Assembly: GCA_040954595.2 (NCBI GenBank)
Contig: CM082578.2
Location: 7,425,519-7,489,518, forward strand
Direction: 5' to 3'
From: Balanoglossus misakiensis
Taxonomy: Eukaryota > Animalia > Hemichordata
DNA length: 64,000 bases
Below, piece after piece: positions 13,501-24,400 of this stretch (position 1 is the first letter of the stretch; the number at the start of each line of letters is the position of its first letter). The notes beneath the pieces are model-generated. The model saw only the letters and a program-made list of their open reading frames with translations. It did no database searches and was not told where the DNA came from. The position numbers and the translations under genes were made by a program.

Positions 13501-15737
13501 CAAAATATTCGAAAAAATCAACAACCCATCTACTGCAGCATTTGATATTTTATTGACCCCAAACCACAAATGCCAACGTTCATGACAAACGTGTACAGTT
13601 TTGAATTAGCCGTTCGACTAACTGGCAATAAATGACGTCAGTACTCCAATTATCATAGGCTTTTTCTGCCAGTTTCTAATATTTATATTGAACTGTGAAT
13701 ATGTTGCTCTTGGCGACCAAAATTACTCAAGCTTGCCAACACATGACTCAAATATAGTATTCTTCTGATTTTACAGCGACCTTGTCATCCATACTTACGC
13801 CGTCGAAAATGCAAATGCCGATAATGTGTACGGAGTGGAAAATCAGAAGGTGTTCCTGACGAACGAATACTTGCATTCTGTATTTGCTGCGGACATATTC
13901 GATAACCCCGTGAGCGCACTGTCAAGTATGTAGCACGTGTTAATTCATACATCAAGCTCATATGATTTTTACAAGTTTCCAAACAGATATTCACATGACT
14001 CTCACCTTGGGAAATAACCTAGGAATAGATCCTGTTTACTCCGCAGAGATTGGCAAAAATACATGTACAACCGACCGACCGACCGACAGATAGCTAAACT
14101 AAAGACATACGGACACTTGATAGCTTGACAGAAAGGTAGAATGTACATGTAGTATTATTACAATACTTTTTCGCAATTACATCATAATTTTTGCGCACTA
14201 CCTCTACAGACATTGGTATCTACAAGGTGCAGAAACACCCGGGTCCAGACTGGTTCCGCACCCCGGCAGGCATAGCCGGCCTCACACTGGGCACTCTAGC
14301 TGCCATAGCGCTGCTGACTCTGCCGTGTCTGTGTTATTGCTGCTGCAAAGCGGGGATTTGCGATGGGTGCTGCGGCCGAGGAGGAGGAAAGGGCGGCGGT
14401 TGTCGCAATCCCTTCCGCTCCTGCCTCGACGGCAGTGGATCCAAAAAGTAAGCAAGTGGTGTCAGCCATTTTGATTTTCCTAATCCATCATTTTGTCTGT
14501 GCAAAATATTTTTGTTTTAAAGTTGGAGCGATTACCGTGAACAGTGTGATTCGTTGCCAATCACAATCTCACTTCGCTTTCAGACCAAGAGGAAGGCGTC
14601 CCGGAGCCGATAAAAAGCCACCAGTGGAAAAGAGGGAAGCGTTTACAAAGAAAGGGCAGGGTACGTTAATTCAACATTAATCAGTTCAATCGTCTTGAAT
14701 AACAGGCTGATATTGCCAGCTGTTCCCCCCTTCATGAATTAAAGCGGCAACGCATCGAGTGGTATCATGTCGCTCTCGTAAAATTACCGCATATATTTGT
14801 TCTGATTATGATTTTGTTCATATTTCTATTCGCCCAGGTCTTGGTGATGATAACCTGAAGAGAAACAACAAAAAGGGGTTGCAGTCAAACCTTCTCGGGC
14901 CTACACCGGTAAGGGCTTCAGTATTCCCACACTTGTTCATTAGCACTCTATGCTATTACAAGCTACCGTGAAATGCATTGCGGTATTATTCTGTCTGTAA
15001 TATAGCTCTTTCTTATTGCATGTATTACTGACAACATCACCGGAACACATTTCACGTTAATTGCAGGACAAACCGAGTAGCGCCAAGTCCACCGGCATTG
15101 GTTCGGTCACCAAACCAAGTCCAGCGTCGGCCAAGACCGGGAGCTTCGGCGGTGGCAATCCGAACGCCAACCCCAACATCGGCGTGCTCGGCTATCCCGG
15201 GCTCAGCGTCGGCCCGAACAAGTTCCGGCAGGCAGCGGAGCAGGCGGCCGCCAATTCAGGGGATCCCACGGCCAAAAGTATTGCCACCAGGGCTGCACCG
15301 GCAGCGCCACCTGCAAGTACCGGTGGTGGACCCCCGGGCGCCCCGCCGAGTCCCAGGCCTGGTGGAGGCGACACGAGTAGACCGGGTATGTACATGTATT
15401 AATAGACCATTCTCCGAACTGCGTGAGACCAGTGCGTGATCTCGCGTGGCTAGGCAGTGTATATGGGAGGACGTTCGAATGTGACTCAGAACAAATAACA
15501 AATGGCCTTCTTGCTAAACTTATGGTGATTAAACAATGCAATTAACTCTTAAAGTTGTTATTATTGTATTATTGAGCAAACCATAAACTTTCATGAATTC
15601 AAATTGCTTGCTTCGTTGAAAAATGTAACATTTCCCCATTTCTATTAGTGTATAATGACATGAATTCTACACTGTTTGTTTTCTTCCCAGAACCGCCAAA
15701 GGTGGACGGTGGCGGAAGGAGCTGGCGAAATAAATAA
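509..15737 (+). CDS. Gene A: giant cadherin-related type-I membrane protein (about 26 EC repeats in window + SEA/MAD-like domain + TM + Cys-rich and Pro/Gly-rich tail); 5' end lies upstream of the window
   Basis: 20 GT-AG exons with consistent phase: 509-756, 1265-1379, 1920-2180, 2639-2893, 3045-3194, 3355-4098, 4454-4778, 5030-5142, 5412-7493, 7931-8053, 8645-11321, 11521-11762, 11992-12963, 13177-13495, 13777-13925, 14210-14447, 14584-14660, 14838-14908, 15067-15385, 15691-15737 (stop TAA). Recurrent cadherin motifs LDRE/LDYE, AxDxD, DxNDNxPxF. About 3175 aa in window. Confidence 0.92.
1521..1840 (+). repeat. Compound microsatellite (CTGT)n(ATGT)n in a gene A intron
   Basis: About 11 CTGT units then about 69 ATGT units, directly visible; source of the spurious MYVC/HTYI ORFs. 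Confidence 0.98.
3355..4098 (+). CDS. Gene A exon, cadherin EC repeats
   Basis: ttgcag|GT...T|gtaagt; ALDYEIK, VLDRETI and DVNDELPVC motifs. Confidence 0.9.
5412..7493 (+). CDS. Gene A large exon (2082 nt), about 6.5 cadherin EC repeats
   Basis: ttttaag|GT...GAAG|gtaagt; matches ORF 5507..7690; LDYE/LDRE and DxND motifs. Confidence 0.93.
8645..11321 (+). CDS. Gene A largest exon (2677 nt), about 8.5 cadherin EC repeats
   Basis: ttatag|GC...GA|gtaagt; matches ORF 8647..11325. Confidence 0.94.
11992..12963 (+). CDS. Gene A exon, membrane-proximal cadherin EC repeats
   Basis: tttcag|GT...G|gtaagt; matches ORF 12009..13004. Confidence 0.92.
14210..14447 (+). CDS. Gene A transmembrane and Cys-rich juxtamembrane exon
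   Basis: WFRTPAGIAGLTLGTLAAIALLTLPCLCYCCCKAGICDGCCG: a hydrophobic stretch of about 23 aa followed by a Cys cluster; ctacag|...|gtaagc. Confidence 0.88.
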
Positions 15738-16614
15738 GCTGTAGAAGAGAAAATAGGAAAACTATTATGAGCAACATTTACATTTGTCTCCGTTCAATGA
15801 TCCACTTATTTCAGACGTGACGTCATAATTGACTTTTCTGGGAAAATGAGGGTTGTCTTCCTCCCTTTGTGTCAACTTGGTCACCGGGGAAATGATTGGT
15901 CATTTACATTGGTGTTTTCTCTGTACGTATACCCCGGGCGTACACGATGATTGTATGGTGAGGGACAACTAAGTCAGAGTTCTACACTCGCGCAAGATTT
16001 TCTTTTGTATGCTTTATAGGGTAAAATATATAAACAATTTGACGAACATCATTAGCATTTGGGTAATATGAATGTGTTCTCTCAATCTCAATTATTAGGG
16101 GACAGGTCAAAGCACCCACCCCCCCCCCAGATCTCTGCGTCCACATTTCAACATTTTCTGTACCTGCTCCAATTTATTTTCTCGGTTTGGCCCACTTATT
16201 TTATAGCTATTTTGAAGTCTTCCGATTACTTTAAAAATGGTTGCATCTTTAAGAAAGTTCCACGTTCAAGGTTAGTAAGATATGTAGAAATCTTCCCTGG
16301 GTGCGAGATGGTGAAAGATGTTGAACATCGGAGACAGTAGCAAAGACCATCCAATCAGTCAGCGCGCCAAAACACCCCTGTTTATGCCCAGGACATCATG
16401 TAACCAAGCAACGGCCTAGCTAAAAAAGATGACGATAGTCACCAGTGTCTTGAATGAAAATAAGTTATAAGAATTTTTGCACTTTAATAACTATATGGCT
16501 TGCATGTGTTTCACTTAGGCGATTTGTCATTATTTTATGTCTTGTACTACCGCAGTAAACACACACTATTTAATAGTATACGATTGATTCATCTTGGCAT
16601 GTCAGATGTTTTCT

Positions 16615-16620
16615 AATAAA
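16615..16620 (+). promoter_or_regulatory. Candidate polyadenylation signal for gene A
   Basis: AATAAA about 880 nt downstream of the gene A stop, followed by T-rich sequence. Confidence 0.35.
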
Positions 16621-18338
16621 GCTTTAATGTTCTCTGCGGCTACAGCTATTCCACTTCAGAAGCAGGGACCGTCTTCTGCATTATTCGGAGTACACTGCTT
16701 GACACCGACTGACTGATTTTAGCCAATCTTTAATTAATTTGTAGAAGGCCTTGTACCTAATGCTATTGTTGCCTGTGTATATTTATGCTTTGAGTTCATC
16801 GAGAGCTCCCTAACAAAAGTCGAGCCCAGACTAGCTTCCGTCCAAGAAAGTTTAACTAAAGATAGTTTTAGAAAAACGTTGAGTATGATTAGTTGCAGGC
16901 AGTCATGATGTAAACCATTTCACGCTCATCATTTCACCACATGATTGGTTGGAAACCGACCGTTGTCAAAGATGGCAACGATCGTGGTGCGATTTCACAA
17001 CTGAACGTTGGAGATAGGAATTGGTAGAACGTGCTGTCGAGACATGTGAAGATGGGTTGTCAAGAGAAATTTAGAAATTTAAAACAACCTCATGATCATG
17101 TACCGCATTGATACATCCTGACTGTTTAAATGATATCAGAGAGAGTTTTTTATTGTCCATACTTACAGTACTGTAACAATATCGGGCCTGTTATATTTTT
17201 ATGGTGTATTACGTTTTGTAGGCCTCTTTTTGTAATTTTAAGTCATTCATCTGTCAGGCAGAAATTTAACTGATGAAACATCCGTTAACCACGGCATTAT
17301 AGATATTAAGCTTTTGACCAGAAAAAAACTTTCGTTTATTTCCTTGTTATCATGTGTCTGATTTGAATCAACCAACCAGATTTGTTTGCCAAGGCCATCC
17401 CAATTCTAAGTTTCGTTGGTCTACAAAGGTTCTGCGCACTTTTCGTTAATCGTGTTTGACAGTATTAGAATTTGATAATAAATACAATGCGAACATTGAA
17501 GCAAGTGTTTCGACCATGTATGGTGCGGATATCTTAAGGAAATGTTATGTAGGAAAATAGTTGTAGAACATTGCAAATAAAATATAATACTGCAAGATTC
17601 ATAATTTAATACACAACTCATACACCTACATGTATGACAGTTGTAGAAAACCGTAATATTTATTAGATTACACCTAAAAATCAAAAGTCGGGGAAAGAGG
17701 TACATTTACTGCACTTCTTACGACAATGTCGTCTGTCTACTCAGATACAATACATCTACTTGTTATATGGTATTGAATAGAGGTCAACTATGGTGGCGTT
17801 CCCTTTTCTGAATTCACCAGATTAGTATAGCTTAAACCGGATGAGATTCATTAAATGTTCAACATGATGTAAATTGACTGCGTAAATATAAGAAATATTT
17901 TCAAGTACATGTACTATAGAATATAGGAGAGGAAGAGATTAATATATTTCAAAAGAAAAATGCGTTTAAAATTGTCAAAAATTAAAAGTACAATCACAGT
18001 CCCTCTTGACTGTGGTACAATATAGGAAGAGTTGTACAGATCTGAAGTTTCCACGTCTATGTACATGTATCACAAAAGACAAAAAAGTCAATATCAAAAG
18101 TATATCATGTCATTCCCAAAGCGACTGATATTTGGGCTGTGTGATTTGCTGCAATATCCAGACAAAAGTTAAAATTGACAGGTAAATATACATCTTCAGG
18201 GAAGGTTTCTTAAAATGTGTACATGTGCAACTCTGAAAGCGGTAGTGCATATTGTGAGACCAGAAATAAGGAAAAGTTTTCTTATAAAAATACGCTTGAC
18301 AGTAGGACACACGCAACGCCGGTGTTAATGTTCACCTA

Positions 18339-18490
18339 TTACTTCCCTGGAGGGTTGCCATAGCGACGAGTTGTCCTCTCTGCCAGTTTGCTTTGGAGAT
18401 CCTGCTCGGCCTTCGCTTTCTCCTCCCCTTGGACCCTCTGGAACAGCGCCTTATCGGCTTCGTGTTGTCGCTTTATTCTCCCGATTTCAT
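18339..18490 (-). CDS. Gene B long terminal exon (charged helical/coiled-coil-like tail)
   Basis: DEIGRIKRQHEADKALFQRVQGEEKAKAEQDLQSKLAERTTRRYGNPPGK*; clearly homologous to C 45505-45653. Confidence 0.85.
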
Positions 18491-21400
18491 CTGTCGAAAT
18501 AAACCGGAGGACTGACAAGAAGTAGCCTCACACTGGAGAACTACATCTGGAAAATTCCCTTCGACGTACAGCGTTCGTCGGGCGTTTTGTGTGTGCCACA
18601 CACACAAGGAGACCTATTTTGATCTACTAGTATACTGCTATAGTAGCTCAATGGCAGGCGTGTCCAGCAGAGAGCGGCAACTACAGCGTTTAAAAGCCCA
18701 AACCATAGCGCTGAATGGTGGGAGGGTGAACCATCACCGGCGAGTTAATGTCTTTTGTCGCTGTTTGGCTCGATGCCAACAAGTATAAGGTCTAAAACTC
18801 TTCAATAGTTCAGCTGTGGACTGCAGGCGGGTGGTGTCGTGCGCAAAGCGTGACTTTCACTGCGTTAGAGGCGTCTAGATTCTGAACTGACGTAAAGAAA
18901 TGAGAAATTCGCTGATAGGAGCAGAGGGGTTAGGTTGCGAAACGCTCACACAATGAAGGTGAACCAGTGTGAATTATTACAGATCTATACTCTGACAGAT
19001 GTTGTAGTGACCTCATAGTGCGTCTAAAATGACTTCTCGATGCGCAGACATTTAAAGTTGTCATTACGTTTCTGGCCTTTGACAAAAGGGTGAGTATAAA
19101 TTTGCGAGCTTTTTGATGACTTGAGTTTTGATTAATATTCTAACTGAGAGCATTGACTTCTCTGATACAAAGCTACCCTTTCTTCTATCCGGAGATATTG
19201 GGCAGTCTGCTGTCACCTGAAAAGAGTTAGGGATGAAAATCGTTACACTATGCTGAAATAGAATTTTAAATTTAAATAGGACAACAAACAGATGGGCGGA
19301 TTGCAGCCCCTGTCTATACTGCCGATAAATCTAGTCATAAATCTTAGTTGTCAGACACCTTCTAGCCATCAGAAGTGAACAGGATCACGTTTGTAGCCGA
19401 TACTGACCAAGACTGATTTTGACCATTTTAAAAATGACCGCCAAATCTCTGTTAAGAATCCCAAACTAACCAAACCATTTCGCCAGATATTACACGGAGC
19501 GTATGCAGAGAGTTTTTTTCAATAACAGGTGTGTTTGACCGTATCGATTCGTGTAAAAAGACGGGTGGCATGTGTAGTTACAAAGCAAAGGGACCTACAT
19601 GTATTTGCGCTTTGCTAATAAATACGTTGGTGTAGTTTATATTTATGTTGCGATATTGCAGAGATGTTTTGCAGAAAGGTGCGTTAAAGTCGGGCGTTGT
19701 TAATATTCAAACGCTGCAATTCATGTGGGTTTGGACCACATTGTTAATCAATGGCATGATTGACGCAACTGCCACAGCCTTCACGGACGTTCAGTAAAAA
19801 AAACCCAAAGCTTTTTACCTCGTTTTGCACACAAAACAACAACAACAACAACAACAACAACCGTGTGTCAGATGTGTGGGCTTTTGTTCTCTTACCCTGT
19901 TGAAGGCGGTAGATTAGAGTGCAAGTTCGGGAAAGAAGTTAAAATTAAACTGGAAACCGAGAGGTAAAATCGGACACAGGTTTACAACGTCGCCAATGGA
20001 AACTATAGTTCCTGAAAGGATCTGTTTTGTAGTATGTCGTCTTATAAAAGACTTACCTCTACTCTCGCTTGGTCTCACCCTTCCCGCCGGAGTTCTTGGT
20101 TTGTCTGCAGGACCATGATCCTGAAATGCAACGCAGTGTTATCAGACGTATTCTACTGGATCTACTTCTGATCATCAAAATGTATATCTCCCGATCTTTA
20201 AAACTACATTGCATACTAAAAACTATTACAAACTGACATTTACAGATAACTTTTAACACTACATTATCGAATCTTTGGGATTTTCGCTCCAACAATCCGC
20301 CACTTTTTTTTTACATTGTTTACAGCTGAGTTAGGCCTATCATTTTTCACTGACAGATACGTTGTACTTAATCATACACAGATCATCATACACATTTGAG
20401 ACGAATAAAAAATATGGGGTCACCAGACTTTGTACGGTGTATCTTGTTCACCACCACAACCACAATCATGTTATCATGACAAGATGGGACAAATTTTATC
20501 TGACGTCAGAATTTTTGATGAGGAGGCACGCGAAAATGTATTATCGTACTTACGGGCACACCATGAGCTTTAACGGGCAACTCGTCTCTGTGGTATTCCC
20601 GGTACACTGAAATTTAAACATAAAAAATAAAAAAATAACATATTTGAAATCACACATACAAGAATTTGATTTGGTGTAATCGACTATGAGCTCCAAATTG
20701 TTAATGTATCAATTTTCAAATACTAGTACTGTCAAAGACATATCTTTTCACAGTGTCCGTCGACCACCTCTCTCGGTATGACGCGAAGCTATACTTTGCA
20801 CCAATGTACATGTTAGACGCATACGTGCCAGCCAATTTCATCATTTGCACGAACTCAACCAAGGCAAAAAAGCTTTCCGTGGCTATTTCATGGCATTGCA
20901 TAGGCCTAATGTTAGTGTAATTGATTAATGAATCAGTTTACATGTATATGTATAGAAAGCAGGTAAATTTTTGTCGGACCTACCATGCTCTCCCCAGCCG
21001 TGTCTTTTCCCACGCACTTTCTCCTCCTTCTGCGGCGTCGGCGGCCGTGGTTTCGACTTGCAGAGACCTTCGCAGCAGTTCTTAATCGCCAGAGCACATT
21101 TCGGCCAGCAACCTCCGCAGCACTTTAAGCAGGCGCAACAAGTGGCGCTGCCGCCGAAGTCAGCGGCGCCCACGCCCGTGAACAGAGCGCGACCGGCACC
21201 AGCACAGCCCGCACAGGTTCTGAAAGTGGCGGGTTAAAAATCTGGAATGAGTGTCTCGGAAACTTGTCCTTTACTATACAACACTGCTATACTTGTCCTT
21301 CACTAAACTACATGGCACGTATCGACATTTAAACGCCAGGAAAATGTAATGTTTCGTATTTTGCTGTATTTCTGTTGCGTGTTTACTGTAAATTTCAATA

Positions 21401-24400
21401 TTTTCTGTAGTATTGTTTCGTGATATAGGTAGACTGTAGCGTTGACAGTAAAGAACACTGTCTATTTTCAATGACTGTAGTGATGGTAATCACGTGTCAA
21501 AACATTTACATTCGGAGAATTTCACATGTTATTTAACATATTAAGCCTACCAGCAAAGAACAACAATAATATGTTTTCCAGAACTACATTGTATACTCTG
21601 AAGATTGAAATGGAAAACTGTTGTATCCAAATACATTTAGTGCCACTGGATTCCTTATTCTGAAGCATGGTCGAATCCTCTCCATACAAATTATTAAAAA
21701 ACACACAAGCATAACAACTCATCTGAAACCTACCCGGTTTGCGGTACACAGAAACAACAGTAGCACAAGGAACACAGACCGATGAGGGCGAGAAGACCGA
21801 GTAACGACAGAATGGCTATCGTGGCGATGCCGGCGTCCGTTGTCCAGAACGACTGGACCGTCGCGGCGTATTTCTCCACGAACACAGCCGGGTATTCGGA
21901 CAAAGCTGAAAGTCAACAAGAAAATGAACAGCTCGAAAATAATCGTGCAGATATATCGTTTGTGTCAAAAAGAATGGAGGCAAGGTACTGAGTATCAAAA
22001 GAAGAAGAATAAAAAGTAAGTTTAAAGGCCCATGTTTGTTGACGTGGGCATTTCTATAGAACTGATATAAATAATATATATGTTGTCTATGCAATGGCTG
22101 TTGATTAGGAAATAAAGTGGAAACATAGGGATATGCATGGCGTGTACCCCTTTGAGGCAACCTAAGAAACCAAAGCCAATTTTCTCACCTGATAATTCTG
22201 GTGACGGTGTTCCCTTTTCGTCGCTTGCGAACGTCGTGTAAAGATACTGTTGAGAAATAAAGTTTTTCGTGTTCTCCAGGCCGGATTCTGTGTCAGCGGT
22301 GTCGTCTGCAACTCCGTATATCCACACCACAACACTGGGTACAAAATGGCATGTTAGTTACTTTCAAAAAGTAAGACTTTTTCTGGAATTACTATAATAC
22401 TAGTCACCTCGCGCGCGGTCTCGTCATGATTTCTATGGTTGAAAATAACACGGAAATACATTACACATTCAACAAAACACGTCAAAAAGGCAAACAAACC
22501 CTAGGGCCTCATTCACCTTGACGACTGAAGGAGTCTTCTGGCCGAGGAAGTAACTATGTCACCGACCACCGTGATGTGAGAGATGCCGATTCGCCCGGTT
22601 GGATAGTCTGCGCTGATGATGCTGGACAATGGTGCAAGGAATTCCTCCTTGTTGTCTAATATTTCTTGCTTTGTGCGACCGCTCACGTGAATGCCAACCA
22701 AGTTCAAGTAGGGATCAAAGGTGTCGATTCTGCAGTTGGCCGGCGATGACGTCAGTGGCGGGTTGCCGTCGTCGATGGCCGTCGCGGTGAAGGAATACCT
22801 GGTGTAGACCGTCGGCCTTGCTCCCGTGGCCAGGCTCACCTCGCCGGTGGTCGGATTGGCTTCAAAAGTGGTGGAAGTGTCCTCTATGCTGTAGCGGATG
22901 ATAGACGTCTGGTCGGCGTCGATGGCGCGGATCTGAATGATCGGTTCGCCCAGCAGGTTCAGGTACGACATCTCCCCGCTGTAGAACGACGGCGAGAAGA
23001 CCGGGGAGTTGTCGTTCACGTCGACGATCTGGATGGTCGCCGTCGTCGAGGCGGTGAGCGGAGGGGACCCGGCATCCACGGCGAGTACGGAGAGTTCGAT
23101 TTCCCTGTACAGTTCGCTGTCGAGTTCTTCTAGCACCGTGATGACCCCGGTATCCGGGTCCATCATGAAATACTTGTTCGCTATCGGTCCATTGTCGGCC
23201 AGCGCGGAGGATATGGAGTAGGTCAGCACACTGTCTTCTCCGGCGTCTTCGTCGACCGCGCTCACGTGCAAGACAGTCGTGCCGAGCGGGCTGTCTTCCC
23301 TCACGCTGCTCGTGTACGGGGAGCTGTCCAGAAACGCCGGCGCGTGGTCGTTCTGATCTAGCAGCATCACGACGATAACACCGTGCGCATAGAAGCCATT
23401 TTCGCTGGTGATGGCCACCAGTAAATTGTACTGCGGGTAGACCTCGTAGTCGAGGTTGTCCGTAGACACGGTCAGAGACCCGGTGATGGGCTCCATGTAA
23501 AAGTGAGGCGCGTACTCCCCGGCAATCACCGAAAACTGGAGACCCTGGCCTTGGCAGACATCGGGATCGAAGTCGTCGCAAGACACCTGTCCTATGAACG
23601 TCCCATCGGGAGTATTTTCCGGGATCCTGATCACCACAGCTGCGCTGGTGACCGGTACTCCTTGCAGCGCCTCGACGACATTGATGTTGGCGGTGCATTC
23701 GTCGTACATGGTCTGGTCGCCGTCATCCTCAATTCGGATGACAAAGGAGTACGCCCGACGTATAGCCATATTCAAGCTTCCAATGAGATATATGTTGCCT
23801 ATTTCAGGATCAATGCTCCACATACCTGTACGTGTAAGAAAAGATGAAGTAAATGTTAGCGCTTCTCTCACGATTATAAATTCTCACCAATGTCGACGTA
23901 TAAAACTGTCGTTGAACCGAAATCATGTATCAATAAACTTCCTCGTGATATGTTTTAATATTCACGCAGACAAAGGCACTTTCGGAGAACCGGAAATACA
24001 CGACCATAGAAAAAACCTCACCATCACTGCCGCTTATAATCCTATACGTCCTTTCCGCGTGTCGTTTCCTGTAATCGTCCCTGTCGTTGCTGAGTATAAC
24101 CATGGCTGTCATCCCGACGGTCATGTCTTCTCTGACGTTCGTGGTGTATTGCCTGTTGAAGGGCTCCTTGCATCGCGGACCTTCGTCATTCAGGTCTTCC
24201 ACCTCGACGGTGATGCTGGCCTCGGCCACCAGTGCCGGGTCTCCCTTATCAGACACCCTTATCACAAGATCGTAGCTGTGGAAGGAAACAGTCGTGGAGA
24301 GTTCCAAACAATTTAGGGGCCTAAGTACCAGGTAAATAATATAGCATGGGTTTGTTTCATTATATCAATTGACTTTGATCACAAGGTCTAGTTAAAGTGC

